This document shows positions 17,022 to 26,779 of a stretch of DNA of 43,946 nt, piece after piece. The translations under genes and the position numbers were made by a program. The stretch is from a virus (taxonomy: Duplodnaviria > Caudoviricetes), in the IMG/VR virus record IMGVR_UViG_3300005263_000077, positions 1 to 43,946 of that record, one strand, 5' to 3'. Position 1 is the stretch's first letter. Each line of letters starts with the position of its first letter. Below the pieces are notes generated by a model. It searched no databases. It had not been told where the DNA came from and saw only the letters and a list, made by a program, of their open reading frames with translations.

Positions 17022-17030
17022 GGGGTATTA

Positions 17031-17504
17031 ATGCCTATAAAGTTTAGTGCCTCGGAAAAACTAGCTAGAATAGAGTATATTTATAAGAAGCTGAAACAGC
17101 TAGAAGTAAATAATGGCAATACAATTTCGACATCTGAAGCAAAAGACTTAGCTGAAGAGTTTTTTACTCATTGTTATCATCTTAAAGATTGGATTAAAAA
17201 AGAAAGACCTGATTTACATAAAAGTGTAGAAAAGTATGTAAGTAGCTGCAAAGCACTTTCAATAAGTGCTGATTATTGCAATACTTTCAAGCATGCAGGC
17301 TTAAATAGGAAAATGAGATCGGATTCTCCCATTGAAAAAGTGAATCAGCATACAAAGATTGACCTAACCCCAAGTGGTTTTATTACTTCTGCCGAAGCAA
17401 CTGTCACAATTGGCGATATTACTTTTCGAATATCCGATTTAGCGCTTGAGTGTATAGAAGCCTGGAAAGTGTATTTCATAGATAATCATATAGACATATT
17501 GTAG
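17031..17504 (+). CDS. Hypothetical protein, HEPN-like helical fold (moron)
   Basis: FFTHCYHLKDWI...DYCNTFKH motif. Confidence 0.55.
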   Translation: MPIKFSASEKLARIEYIYKKLKQLEVNNGNTISTSEAKDLAEEFFTHCYHLKDWIKKERPDLHKSVEKYVSSCKALSISADYCNTFKHAGLNRKMRSDSPIEKVNQHTKIDLTPSGFITSAEATVTIGDITFRISDLALECIEAWKVYFIDNHIDIL

Positions 17505-17906
17505 TCTTTAACTTTTAACCTGGTCATTTATCTTGCTTATAAGTTACCCAAAGCAAGATTAAGTCGTATTCCCTCGATTTATACTCGCAATTCCTTAGGT
17601 GCCTTTGTCCGATCGAAAACTTATCAAAAGTGAATTGACACGTTCAGCAGATTAACGCTCTTATATACACCGAGAACCTACATGTGTATTTTACTTATAC
17701 TACATAAGAGACGAATCGATAACTTTCCTCCGTCTCCAGAGGGCTTCGCTAGCGCTCAGCACGACTACGGAAAGAAAGATAGCCAGATTATCTTTAGATA
17801 GAGGAACAAAAGGCCTTTAAGCACCAAGAAGTGGTCAGGTCCACTTTCTCCATGCTCAAGGAGGTAGAGTATACATTTGTGTTGCATTGCAACACATCGG
17901 AGTATA

Positions 17907-19469
17907 ATGACTTATGTTAAAACTCCCGCTGAGAAGCGGAAGTATAAAGAGTTCTTCGAAAAAACAGGGAAGGAGGAGTTAGCGGCAGAGCTGTACCTTC
18001 AATGGAAAGCTCTTACCGATTTGTACTTCTTGGGTGCCGTCATCCTTGGGATGGACAAGATCGAAGATGGGGGGCGTCCCCGCCTCGATCCAATCCTTCA
18101 TGGATGGCTTTCGGGCATCATGGAAAGGAATGACGACACCCTTATCTTGATCCCACGCGGACATATGAAGTCTGCCTGGACCAAGGTAAAGATCGTCCAG
18201 CTCATCTTACAGAATCCGAATATCCGCATCGGGCTATTCTCCCGCACCTCAAGCCTCGTTGAATCTCAGTTGGGAGAGATCAAGCAGCTCTTTTGTACGC
18301 CTATGCTCATGCGCCTCTTCCCTGACCGTATTCCTGAGCCGGGGAAGCGCTTTGTTAATTGGAAGCGCTCTGTTGCGAATGAGCTTACTATTTACCGCTC
18401 TTCTGAATGGGGCCGAATCCCGCAGGAGAACCAGATTGAGGCCTGGGGCGTCGGAGCAACGATTGTTGGCCGCCATTACGACGTCATTATCATGGACGAC
18501 ATTATCAACGAGCAGTCATGTTCGACACCTGAGCAAATCAGGAAGGTGCGTGACTGGTATTCCTATATCCAATCCATCAAGGACCCCGAAGGTTTCGAGC
18601 TGATGATAGGCACCCGCTATCATTTCTCAGACATCTACGGAACGGTCATCAAGGAAGGCTGGTACAAGGATCGCGTCTACATTCGCCGGGCGGTGGAGGA
18701 TGGGAAACCTATCTATCGCTTCTTCACGCTCTCGATGCTCGCGAAGATCAAGCAACGCCAGGGAGCCTACGAATACTCATGCCAGTACGATAATAACCCG
18801 GTACCGAGGGATGACCAGATTTTCCCTCCCCCACAGCCAACATATGCGGTTCTCGCTCCGGGTGCCTACAGCTACTACATGACGGTGGACCCTGCCGCGA
18901 CGGCAGAAACCTACTCTGATGACACTGGCGTGATCATCGGCGCGATCAACTCGGAAGGATTCTTGTATGTCGTCGAGGCAAAGAAGATCCACTTAAAGCC
19001 TGACAAGATGGTGGATGAGCTAATTAGGCTCATCGTGCAATACCGCCCTAAGGTCGTTGGGATAGAGCTGGGGCTTCAGGCAGGGATTCAATACCTCCTC
19101 GACATCAAAAAGCGAGAGTATGAGGAGATCACTGGGAAACCACTACGTTTCAAGATGAAAGAGATTGACGCCCCGCGATCAATGTCCAAAGAAGACAAGA
19201 TCAACCGGGTGCTAGGCGGTGTCGTCCGGGCTGGCAGGGTGTTCATCCATGAATCCTTAACCGACTTACTCCTCCAAATGGAATTCTTCCCCAAAGGGGA
19301 GCATGACGATCTCGTGGATGCGCTCACGATGATGGTCCAAATCATATCGGAATTCACCTCAGGGAATTCCGGGGATGCGCTTAGGCAGGCTGCTTATAGG
19401 CCTGATTCATTATTCGGGATGTTCAAGAAACGGCTTCGTTCGTCATGGGAGGCGAAATTTGTTGCGTAA
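17907..19469 (+). CDS. terL: Terminase large subunit
   Basis: PRGHMKS Walker A, VIIMDD Walker B, GTRY, VDPA nuclease motif, FPKGEHDDLVDA. Confidence 0.95.
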   Translation: MTYVKTPAEKRKYKEFFEKTGKEELAAELYLQWKALTDLYFLGAVILGMDKIEDGGRPRLDPILHGWLSGIMERNDDTLILIPRGHMKSAWTKVKIVQLILQNPNIRIGLFSRTSSLVESQLGEIKQLFCTPMLMRLFPDRIPEPGKRFVNWKRSVANELTIYRSSEWGRIPQENQIEAWGVGATIVGRHYDVIIMDDIINEQSCSTPEQIRKVRDWYSYIQSIKDPEGFELMIGTRYHFSDIYGTVIKEGWYKDRVYIRRAVEDGKPIYRFFTLSMLAKIKQRQGAYEYSCQYDNNPVPRDDQIFPPPQPTYAVLAPGAYSYYMTVDPAATAETYSDDTGVIIGAINSEGFLYVVEAKKIHLKPDKMVDELIRLIVQYRPKVVGIELGLQAGIQYLLDIKKREYEEITGKPLRFKMKEIDAPRSMSKEDKINRVLGGVVRAGRVFIHESLTDLLLQMEFFPKGEHDDLVDALTMMVQIISEFTSGNSGDALRQAAYRPDSLFGMFKKRLRSSWEAKFVA

Positions 19470-19644
19470 TGGTGGACAGGTAGCTCAAGCCTCATTCTCG
19501 AACCTGCCGGAGAACTACCTGGAACGCCTCATTGCGATGGAAGAACGCATAAAGAAAGCACCCAAGTACGCCTCAGGAACGAGGAGAACCGACGGAACCG
19601 CCATGCAGGATTTTCGTACAGGAGCCTATGGAGTGCAGCGGTGA
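19459..19644 (+). CDS. Small hypothetical protein
   Basis: GGAGG-N6-TTG; overlaps terL stop and next start. Confidence 0.45.
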   Translation: MLRNGGQVAQASFSNLPENYLERLIAMEERIKKAPKYASGTRRTDGTAMQDFRTGAYGVQR

Positions 19645-19889
19645 TCACCTACGACTTTAAGTGCGATTCATGCACTTTTGTGCAAACTCACTTCGAGGAG
19701 CCTGAGAAAGTTAGCGATACTGAACATTTTTGCCCTCACTGCAAGGGGAAAATGCGCCGCCTCTTCGCATCTCCTTCAATAAGGGTTGCGTTCAGGGCGG
19801 GGCATGACCCCTATACCGGGCAGAATTTCGATAGCCAGAGGCAACGGGAAAACTACATGGCCGAGAACGGCATCATGAAGGGGAACTAA
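19641..19889 (+). CDS. FmdB-like zinc-ribbon protein
   Basis: YDFKCDSC...CPHCKGKMRRLF. Confidence 0.8.
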   Translation: MITYDFKCDSCTFVQTHFEEPEKVSDTEHFCPHCKGKMRRLFASPSIRVAFRAGHDPYTGQNFDSQRQRENYMAENGIMKGN

Positions 19890-19890
19890 T

Positions 19891-21747
19891 CTGACATTTT
19901 CTGAATTGAAAGATGCCGTCGATGCCGCCTACGGAAGCCCCGAGCATGAGGAGCGCCGCAAGAAGTGGCAGCGCTTCATTAAGGAATTTACCGGGAAGTG
20001 GTGGAATGAAGCCGAACTCACCCCCGAGGATTCGCGTGTATTCTGCAACTTCATCTTCTCGACGATCCAGACTACCGCCCCGCTTCTCACCGACAACAGG
20101 CCTATTTGGACGGTCCTTCCGAGGCGTTATTTCTTTCAGCGCGTCGCTGACCTCTACAACGATGCTCTCAAGTTCGTCTGGGAAATGACCAGAATGGATG
20201 AAAAGCTCCTCGATGCCGTGTATGACTCTCTCCTCCACGGCACGGCGCTTTTCAAAGTCTACTTTGACCCCGATGCCTCGAATGGTCTTGGCGACATCGC
20301 TATCGATGTTATAGACCCTTTCGATTTCGTTATTGCTCCCGGCTACGACGATCCCTGGAATGCTTCATGGTGCGGGATGCGAAAGCTTATGCCCGTCGAG
20401 GATGTGAAGCGCCTCTATCCGAGCGCTGAAAAGCAGCTCACCCCTGAGGAATATGCTACCGAGCATGACCAGAAGCAGGATCGCCTTTCTGAACATGATC
20501 TCATCGGTGACTACATCTTGGTCTATGAAATCTGGCTCAGGGACAACGCGACCGAGGAGGCTATCGAAGAGCAGTATGCCGGGAAGGATGCCGACGGCAA
20601 TGATGTCATGGACTCGAAGAAGGTCACGAAGGCGAAGTATCCCAATGGGCGAATCCTCACCTTCACAGGTGGCAATGCAATCCTCCTCGATGACCGCCCA
20701 TCGCCATTCAAACATGGAAGGCCGCCTTACGTCGCCCTCCACGACTACAAGGTGCCTCACCAGTTTTGGGGAATCGGGGAACCCGACCAGATTGAAAACC
20801 TAAATCGGGAGTTCAATGTCCGCTTGCAGCAGATCGTGGAGCATGCCCGGAAGTACACGAAGCGGAATATCGTCGTCGATGAATCGGCTGGCATCACGAC
20901 CGAACAGGTGAAGGAGGCGATTCAGAAAGGCGATCAGGTTTTGCTGTCGAAGGCAGGCTTCGCAAAAGATGTCGTCGCCACCCTCGATGTCCCCGACCTT
21001 CCCCCGGTGATCACGCAGATCATGTCCACCCTTCCGCAGCTCATCGAGGAGGTTTCGGGCGTCACCGATGTCACGAAGGGCGTCACAGGAAAGCGACAGC
21101 GCCAGACTGCCACCGAGATGTCGATGCTTCTTGAGTCGTCCTATACCCGCACCAGGCAGCGAGTACGAAACCTGGAATCCTCCATTAAGCGGCTCGCCAC
21201 CCTCATCGTAGAGCTCATGATGCAGTTTTACACCGAGCCGAGGAACTTCTATATCCGCAAGGATGACGAGGTTCAGTACGGCGTCATTTCGAATCAGAGC
21301 AGTTTCCTAAAGGAAGCGATGAAGCCGCAAGAGAATGCCGGCCTCATGGATGATGACCTTTCGGAAGAGGAGAAAGAGGACATCGAGGACTATGAAAAGC
21401 TCATCGATGCCATAGCGGAAACGGATGAAGTCTATTTCGATTTCAACATCGAGATTCAGACCAATTCGACGCTTCCCTTGGATCGCCAGTCCTTAGCGAA
21501 CCTCATGCTTCGGCTCGCCGAAATGAAGATCGTCGATGCCCAGGCTGTCCTTGAAACGTTGCGCGTTCCCGGAACCGATAAGATCCTCGCCCGGCTGGCT
21601 GAGCAGCGCCAGAAGGAAGAGGAGATGGCGAAGGCTGAAAATCAAGATGGCGACAATCCGCAGGAAACCCAGGATAAGGCGATGGTGCAGAGCCTTTTGA
21701 ATGACCTAAGCGATCAGCAAGTGAAGGAGGAAGCGGGTGCCTATTAG
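19891..21747 (+). CDS. Portal protein (P22-like); start at CTG 19891 or TTG 19906
   Basis: Position after TerL; ~615 aa; VIDPFDF, KYPNGR, FWGIGE, EEVSGV..VTKG, TATEMSML motifs. Confidence 0.88.
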   Translation: MTFSELKDAVDAAYGSPEHEERRKKWQRFIKEFTGKWWNEAELTPEDSRVFCNFIFSTIQTTAPLLTDNRPIWTVLPRRYFFQRVADLYNDALKFVWEMTRMDEKLLDAVYDSLLHGTALFKVYFDPDASNGLGDIAIDVIDPFDFVIAPGYDDPWNASWCGMRKLMPVEDVKRLYPSAEKQLTPEEYATEHDQKQDRLSEHDLIGDYILVYEIWLRDNATEEAIEEQYAGKDADGNDVMDSKKVTKAKYPNGRILTFTGGNAILLDDRPSPFKHGRPPYVALHDYKVPHQFWGIGEPDQIENLNREFNVRLQQIVEHARKYTKRNIVVDESAGITTEQVKEAIQKGDQVLLSKAGFAKDVVATLDVPDLPPVITQIMSTLPQLIEEVSGVTDVTKGVTGKRQRQTATEMSMLLESSYTRTRQRVRNLESSIKRLATLIVELMMQFYTEPRNFYIRKDDEVQYGVISNQSSFLKEAMKPQENAGLMDDDLSEEEKEDIEDYEKLIDAIAETDEVYFDFNIEIQTNSTLPLDRQSLANLMLRLAEMKIVDAQAVLETLRVPGTDKILARLAEQRQKEEEMAKAENQDGDNPQETQDKAMVQSLLNDLSDQQVKEEAGAY

Positions 21748-22105
21748 CCCAATGCCCGACATGGCGGCCCCGATGCAAAAAGACGTGGGGCAAGCGATGG
21801 ATGAAAGTCTCTCTGTCATGAACCCTCAGGACGCCTTTCTCATGGCCGAGAAGGGGATGCTCAGGAAGGACATGAGTATTAGAGAACTATTCTCAAGCCT
21901 TGGCGTCGATGTCGAAGGTCCTGTCGTGCAGCTTGCCGATATGGTCCAGCGGGAAACGCAGAAAGCAAATCCCTTGAACAAGATGAAGGCAGTCGCTGGC
22001 GCTAGCCAGATGACCGATCCTGTGGCTGCAAAAATGGGAGGCGGTGACGCTGCCCCTCAAGCGGGCGGTTCGCTCGAAGATTTAATCGGAATGGGAGGCA
22101 TGTAA
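21737..22105 (+). CDS. Hypothetical protein (head module)
   Basis: GGAGG RBS; between portal and scaffold. Confidence 0.65.
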   Translation: MPISPMPDMAAPMQKDVGQAMDESLSVMNPQDAFLMAEKGMLRKDMSIRELFSSLGVDVEGPVVQLADMVQRETQKANPLNKMKAVAGASQMTDPVAAKMGGGDAAPQAGGSLEDLIGMGGM

Positions 22106-22109
22106 GCTT

Positions 22110-22940
22110 ATGACCGTTCGTACCTATTTCAGCCCCGATGGCGCAGAAGGCGGGAGTCCCGGCGTTTCCACCGACACGGCTCCTATCTCATCCGCTCCCG
22201 GACAAGCTGAAAGCACCCCTGCCCCGGCAGGACAAGTCGATACGGGTACTTTTCTCGACCTCGAAGACGAGAAGGGCGCGAAGAAGTCTTATCGAACCAA
22301 GGATGACTTTCTAAAAGAATGGAAGAACATGGGCATGATGCGCTCGGACTATACCCGGAAGACCGCGGAGATCGCGAAACTTCGGGATGAGCATGAGCGC
22401 CAGAAAGCCGATTGGGATTCCAAACGGAAAGAAGAATCCTCCAAGTTCGACAAGTACAACCAATTCCTGCGCGACAACCCGGATATCTACCGACAGCTTC
22501 AGGAAGCCGTAAAAAACGGCCCCTCCACGCGAGGCGTTCTCGACGGCGCACGACAGTACGCAGATGAGAAGTACGCCGCGCTTGAAAAGAAGCTTGAGGA
22601 CATGGAAGGGTGGAAGAAGGGACGCGAGCAGGAAGAGGCGAAGCGAAAACTCTTCGATTCCTTCAAGGCTAAGTATGAGGATTTCGATGAGCCCTCCATC
22701 GAGGATGCCTTAAAGGTGCTCTCGGAAGGCGACTCGGAAGCCATTCTTGACCTTCTCTACCACTCGATAAAAGGTCGCAGGTTGGAAAGCCCTCTCGAAG
22801 TGGAAAAGAGAATCGTAGATAGGATTCAGGCTAAAGGATCGGCCCGAGTCCTTCCCGGCAATGGTCCAGTCCCGAAAGCCCCCACGGCATATAAAAGCCT
22901 GGATGAGGCTGAGCAGGCCGCACTCGCGGGCTTGCATTAA
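22110..22940 (+). CDS. Capsid scaffolding protein
   Basis: Disordered N-terminus, DYTRKT motif, coiled coils; directly before capsid. Confidence 0.75.
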   Translation: MTVRTYFSPDGAEGGSPGVSTDTAPISSAPGQAESTPAPAGQVDTGTFLDLEDEKGAKKSYRTKDDFLKEWKNMGMMRSDYTRKTAEIAKLRDEHERQKADWDSKRKEESSKFDKYNQFLRDNPDIYRQLQEAVKNGPSTRGVLDGARQYADEKYAALEKKLEDMEGWKKGREQEEAKRKLFDSFKAKYEDFDEPSIEDALKVLSEGDSEAILDLLYHSIKGRRLESPLEVEKRIVDRIQAKGSARVLPGNGPVPKAPTAYKSLDEAEQAALAGLH

Positions 22941-22964
22941 CAACAAATAAGGAAGGCCTAAAGG

Positions 22965-23963
22965 ATGGCTCTAGAAATCTCTCAGGCGAATGCTGTCAGC
23001 CGCCAGTATTTCGAGAAAGCGCTTCTCAACATCGCCTACGACAACTCCCCCTTTTATAAGAAGCTGAAGAAGGGGAATCAGGTAAAGGTAAAAGGCGGCA
23101 CCCACATCCAGTGGCCCATCCGCTATACCGCGATGTCCGGGAACGGCGCAGTAAAGGGCGTCGATCCCGCCGCGCCCGTGACCTACGGCGTCGGGGAAAG
23201 CCGCACTGCCGCCAAATCTTCGTGGAAGTACTATTTCGGTTCTACGCAGATCAACTGGCAGGAGCGCGTTGAGAACGTCGGTGAAGCTCAGATCGTATCG
23301 CTTCTCAAGGATAAATACGTCGAGCTTCAGGAGGATTATGAGGACAAGATGGCGAAGGACCTCTATTCCACCGCCCTCTACGATGAGAGCTGCCTGGATA
23401 TGATTTCCCCGCTCACGTTCCTCGTTTCGGGTCAGAAGTATGCTGGAATAGACCCTGCCGATGCTCCCAACTGGAAATCGAAGGTCTACGCTGGTACCGA
23501 CTGGACCGTACTTGACCTCTATTCCGATGATGCCGCTAAGGGTAAGAAGTCGCTCTACAAGGCGATTGTCGCTTCAACGTTCGGCGGGAAGAAACCCAAG
23601 TTCATCCTCACGACCGAGGATATCCTTGCGACCCTCAAAGAAAAGATTTGGCTCGCAACCAAGTACGAGGGAACCACGGATAAAGAAACCGCCGACATGG
23701 GCTTCACCAACGTGACCTTTGAAGGAACGACGATCCTTGCCGATCCCTTCTGCCCCTCGGGCTATCTCTTCGGCCTCGACATGAACGCCTTCGAATTTCA
23801 GATCCACCCGGATTTCAACTTCAAGACGGATGACTGGACGCCGCTCGAGAACTACCCCAACAACCTGGTGAAGAAGATGTCCTTCTCCGGCAACACCGTG
23901 ATGAAGTACCGCCACACGAGCTTTGTGTTCAATGGCCTCACCGGGATCGAGAAGGCGGCGTAA
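22965..23963 (+). CDS. Major capsid protein
   Basis: 332 aa after scaffold; strongly biased codons; GGTHIQWPIRY, YAGID, MGFTNVTFEG..ILADPFCPSG motifs. Confidence 0.85.
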   Translation: MALEISQANAVSRQYFEKALLNIAYDNSPFYKKLKKGNQVKVKGGTHIQWPIRYTAMSGNGAVKGVDPAAPVTYGVGESRTAAKSSWKYYFGSTQINWQERVENVGEAQIVSLLKDKYVELQEDYEDKMAKDLYSTALYDESCLDMISPLTFLVSGQKYAGIDPADAPNWKSKVYAGTDWTVLDLYSDDAAKGKKSLYKAIVASTFGGKKPKFILTTEDILATLKEKIWLATKYEGTTDKETADMGFTNVTFEGTTILADPFCPSGYLFGLDMNAFEFQIHPDFNFKTDDWTPLENYPNNLVKKMSFSGNTVMKYRHTSFVFNGLTGIEKAA

Positions 23964-23968
23964 CAGAA

Positions 23969-24382
23969 ATGACCGGACTCGTTCGCAATGGTTCTGCTCC
24001 CTGGTTCGCCCCGCTCTACGGCGCGGACGGGTCCGTTTTTTTGACGGTGAAGGCGCAAGGCTACCTTCCGCAATGCACGTTCTTCTTAGTGACCTATGCG
24101 CCTTCAGGTTTCATTGCCGTGCCTTTTGGTACAGAACTCGATGAGTTCTACGTTGGGTGGGCTCCTCAGCCCATGAGGGAGGGACAAGAACGGACAGTAC
24201 AGATTGGCGGGTTTATCGGGCCTGTCCTCACTAATAGCGAGGATGGCGCTTGGCTTAAGCGAGTGGGCGGGGAGACTATAGGAGTAGCCTCCCCATATCG
24301 CCCTAAAGACTCTTTCGGCTACGCACTCAATAACGACCGGGCAATGCTCTTCCCTGTCATGATCAGAAAGGATGATAGATAG
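23969..24382 (+). CDS. Putative capsid decoration protein
   Basis: Position after capsid; beta-rich with VQIGG motif. Confidence 0.45.
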   Translation: MTGLVRNGSAPWFAPLYGADGSVFLTVKAQGYLPQCTFFLVTYAPSGFIAVPFGTELDEFYVGWAPQPMREGQERTVQIGGFIGPVLTNSEDGAWLKRVGGETIGVASPYRPKDSFGYALNNDRAMLFPVMIRKDDR

Positions 24383-24952
24383 ATGACGCTAAAGGCCATG
24401 ATTGAAAAGGCACGTCGGCTCTCAAGGACTGGCGCTTCCGTCAGTGATGAAGTCGTAAAAGACTGGATAAACGAGGCCTTGCGTCAATTTGTCATCGATG
24501 CGGGGGGCATTACCGACGTTGCAGAAATAAATCTTGTCGGGAACTCGGTCGCTGCCCCTGAACATTTTTTCAGCCTTTATCACCTTTTCATCGGAAGGAC
24601 CGAGCTTCGGCGCGGCTCGATGCAGATTCTTGCCAATGCGGATATCGAAGGCACGCCTTCTTTGTACTTTCTATCAGCGAGCAAAATCCTCTTTGATAGA
24701 AAGTGTCCGGCATCCGGGCTTCCGTGCAGGATCATCTATGACCGCTTCCCATTAGAACTTGTAAACGATACTGATGTCCCTGAACTGCCTGAAAAGGCGC
24801 ATCTAGCCCTTGTCTACCTCGCTTCCTCGAAACTCTCGGAAGAGAATTTCGAATACGATGAAGCCACGCGGGCGCTCGCCAACTATCGCAATGAGATCCA
24901 GCGATACGCCCAGGACCAGGCGAACGCCAACCCCTCCATATTCGGAAAATAG
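24383..24952 (+). CDS. Head-tail adaptor (tail tubular A-like)
   Basis: MTLKAMI...WINEA..., GTPSLY, DTDVPELPEKAHLALVY pattern. Confidence 0.75.
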   Translation: MTLKAMIEKARRLSRTGASVSDEVVKDWINEALRQFVIDAGGITDVAEINLVGNSVAAPEHFFSLYHLFIGRTELRRGSMQILANADIEGTPSLYFLSASKILFDRKCPASGLPCRIIYDRFPLELVNDTDVPELPEKAHLALVYLASSKLSEENFEYDEATRALANYRNEIQRYAQDQANANPSIFGK

Positions 24953-24955
24953 AAC

Positions 24956-26779
24956 ATGCCCGGAACCATTAAAACCTACCTGGATTTCTCAGGAGGCTTC
25001 CACACCGATACACCCTCCTCATTCATGGCGGATTCAGACCTCGCTATGGCGGAGAACTGCTATTGGAAGGACGGCCTTCGCATACGAAAGGGATTCACCG
25101 TCAAGGCAACCTTTCCGGGTGAGACAATCTTAGGATTCCTGCGCTCAAGCATTTCAGGCGTGATGCGTGATTACATTGTAGCGAAAATGGAAGTAGGCGT
25201 TGTCCTTCATATAGAAAAGGATGAAGGCTATACCACACTGCCGCTTTCGCTGATCTCGCCCCAGGAGTCCTTTGTCCGCATGGTCGAATACTCAGGCCTC
25301 ATCGTGATCGTTGGGCAAGGAGGCCATTCAAGAGCATCGATCATTCAATACCTGGATGGAACGTACCAAGAGACTTCCATCGATGCCCTCGATACGAGGA
25401 CGAGGGAATACTACGACTGGAACGCAGGGAGGGTATCGGGAGGCGTCTATACCGATGATACGCTCGCAGCGCAAGCCGGGCTCTGGACGCTCTGCCCCGC
25501 TTCCGGCGAAGGCTTCTATATAGCCTCTGACCTTGTTTTCAACCGCATAGAGATCGCTGATTTAAGCGGTTCAATTGCAGGGATTACGGTTCGAATCTCC
25601 ACGAAAGACGGCTGGAAGACCGTCTCGCCGCGAATAACCATAACGGCCAATCGGCTTGAAATCGAGTTCGACCTTGAGTTCGAAGGTCCTGAGATCGTAT
25701 TCGCGCCCTCTCCGCTTGAAACCAAGTTCAAGGATCAATACGCCGTCGAAGTATCCTTTCTAATAGAGAGCGCTTCACTCACTGGCAGTATAGAAAAGGT
25801 CCAGCACACGCAGTACTTCAGGCAGATCACGGGAAATGAGAATCCTCAAGATGCTGCTATCTACCGCTCGATGCTCTGCCTCGCTGCCGGAAACGTCGTC
25901 AACTTCTCTCCCCCCGATGCCATCTCAGGCTGGCGTGGCGATGATGTCGAGATATTCGTCGAGGGCGGAAACGGCATTAAGAGAATAATCAACTTCAAGG
26001 ATTCGATGCTCGTCTTCAAGGAAAGGGCGCTCTACGGCTTTTCGGGGAACTCGCTCAATAGCCCCACGGTGACGAGGATAGCCGATGTCGGTACGGATCA
26101 GCCTGAGTCCGTCGTTTCGCTTGAAAGCGAGGTCATGTTCACCTCGAAAGATAAGGTCATCCTGTACGACGGCTCGACTACGGCGGTTGTAAGCGACCAC
26201 ATAGCCAGGGAGCTATCCGGGAAGCTTCAGCCTGGTGCGTGTGCCGTCTCCGACCGGGAAGGGCGGTACTTTGTTCAAGGCCTGAACGCTGGCTACCTCT
26301 TTCATCCTGCCACCTTGCGCCGCAATACCGCCGGGGCCTTCATCATCTCGGTTTTCAAATTCACCAATCATGCCTTCTCAGGCCTTGCGAGTCGTACCGA
26401 TGTCGATGAAATCGCAGGGTGGAAGACTGACACTCTCTACACACTTTTCTCCAGTACAACCGACGATGGCGCACCGATCGCCTTTGACATCCGAACCAAG
26501 GACATGGATTTCGGATTCCCGGGCTCCCAAAAGCGGTTTTTCCGCTTAAAGCCCATCGGAATGTACAACGCCGATGAAGAGGCGGAATTCTTGGTCCAAT
26601 TCACCGCAGACAAAGTACGCACTCATGAAGCCTGGATTAGCGAGAGCGGATTTTCAGGTTTCTTAAGCATCCCCTATGAGATGGATGGCTTTCTCCTCTC
26701 GGTGCGGCTTGCTTCGTACTCACACACCGACGCAGGGATTCAGGGCTTCGCCCTCGACATGAAGGGAGGAACATTCTAG
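24956..26779 (+). CDS. Tail nozzle / DNA stabilisation protein (tail tubular B, P22 gp10-like beta-propeller)
   Basis: DFSGG N-terminus, LVFKERALY, TKDMDFG...KRF motifs; follows adaptor. Confidence 0.75.
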   Translation: MPGTIKTYLDFSGGFHTDTPSSFMADSDLAMAENCYWKDGLRIRKGFTVKATFPGETILGFLRSSISGVMRDYIVAKMEVGVVLHIEKDEGYTTLPLSLISPQESFVRMVEYSGLIVIVGQGGHSRASIIQYLDGTYQETSIDALDTRTREYYDWNAGRVSGGVYTDDTLAAQAGLWTLCPASGEGFYIASDLVFNRIEIADLSGSIAGITVRISTKDGWKTVSPRITITANRLEIEFDLEFEGPEIVFAPSPLETKFKDQYAVEVSFLIESASLTGSIEKVQHTQYFRQITGNENPQDAAIYRSMLCLAAGNVVNFSPPDAISGWRGDDVEIFVEGGNGIKRIINFKDSMLVFKERALYGFSGNSLNSPTVTRIADVGTDQPESVVSLESEVMFTSKDKVILYDGSTTAVVSDHIARELSGKLQPGACAVSDREGRYFVQGLNAGYLFHPATLRRNTAGAFIISVFKFTNHAFSGLASRTDVDEIAGWKTDTLYTLFSSTTDDGAPIAFDIRTKDMDFGFPGSQKRFFRLKPIGMYNADEEAEFLVQFTADKVRTHEAWISESGFSGFLSIPYEMDGFLLSVRLASYSHTDAGIQGFALDMKGGTF

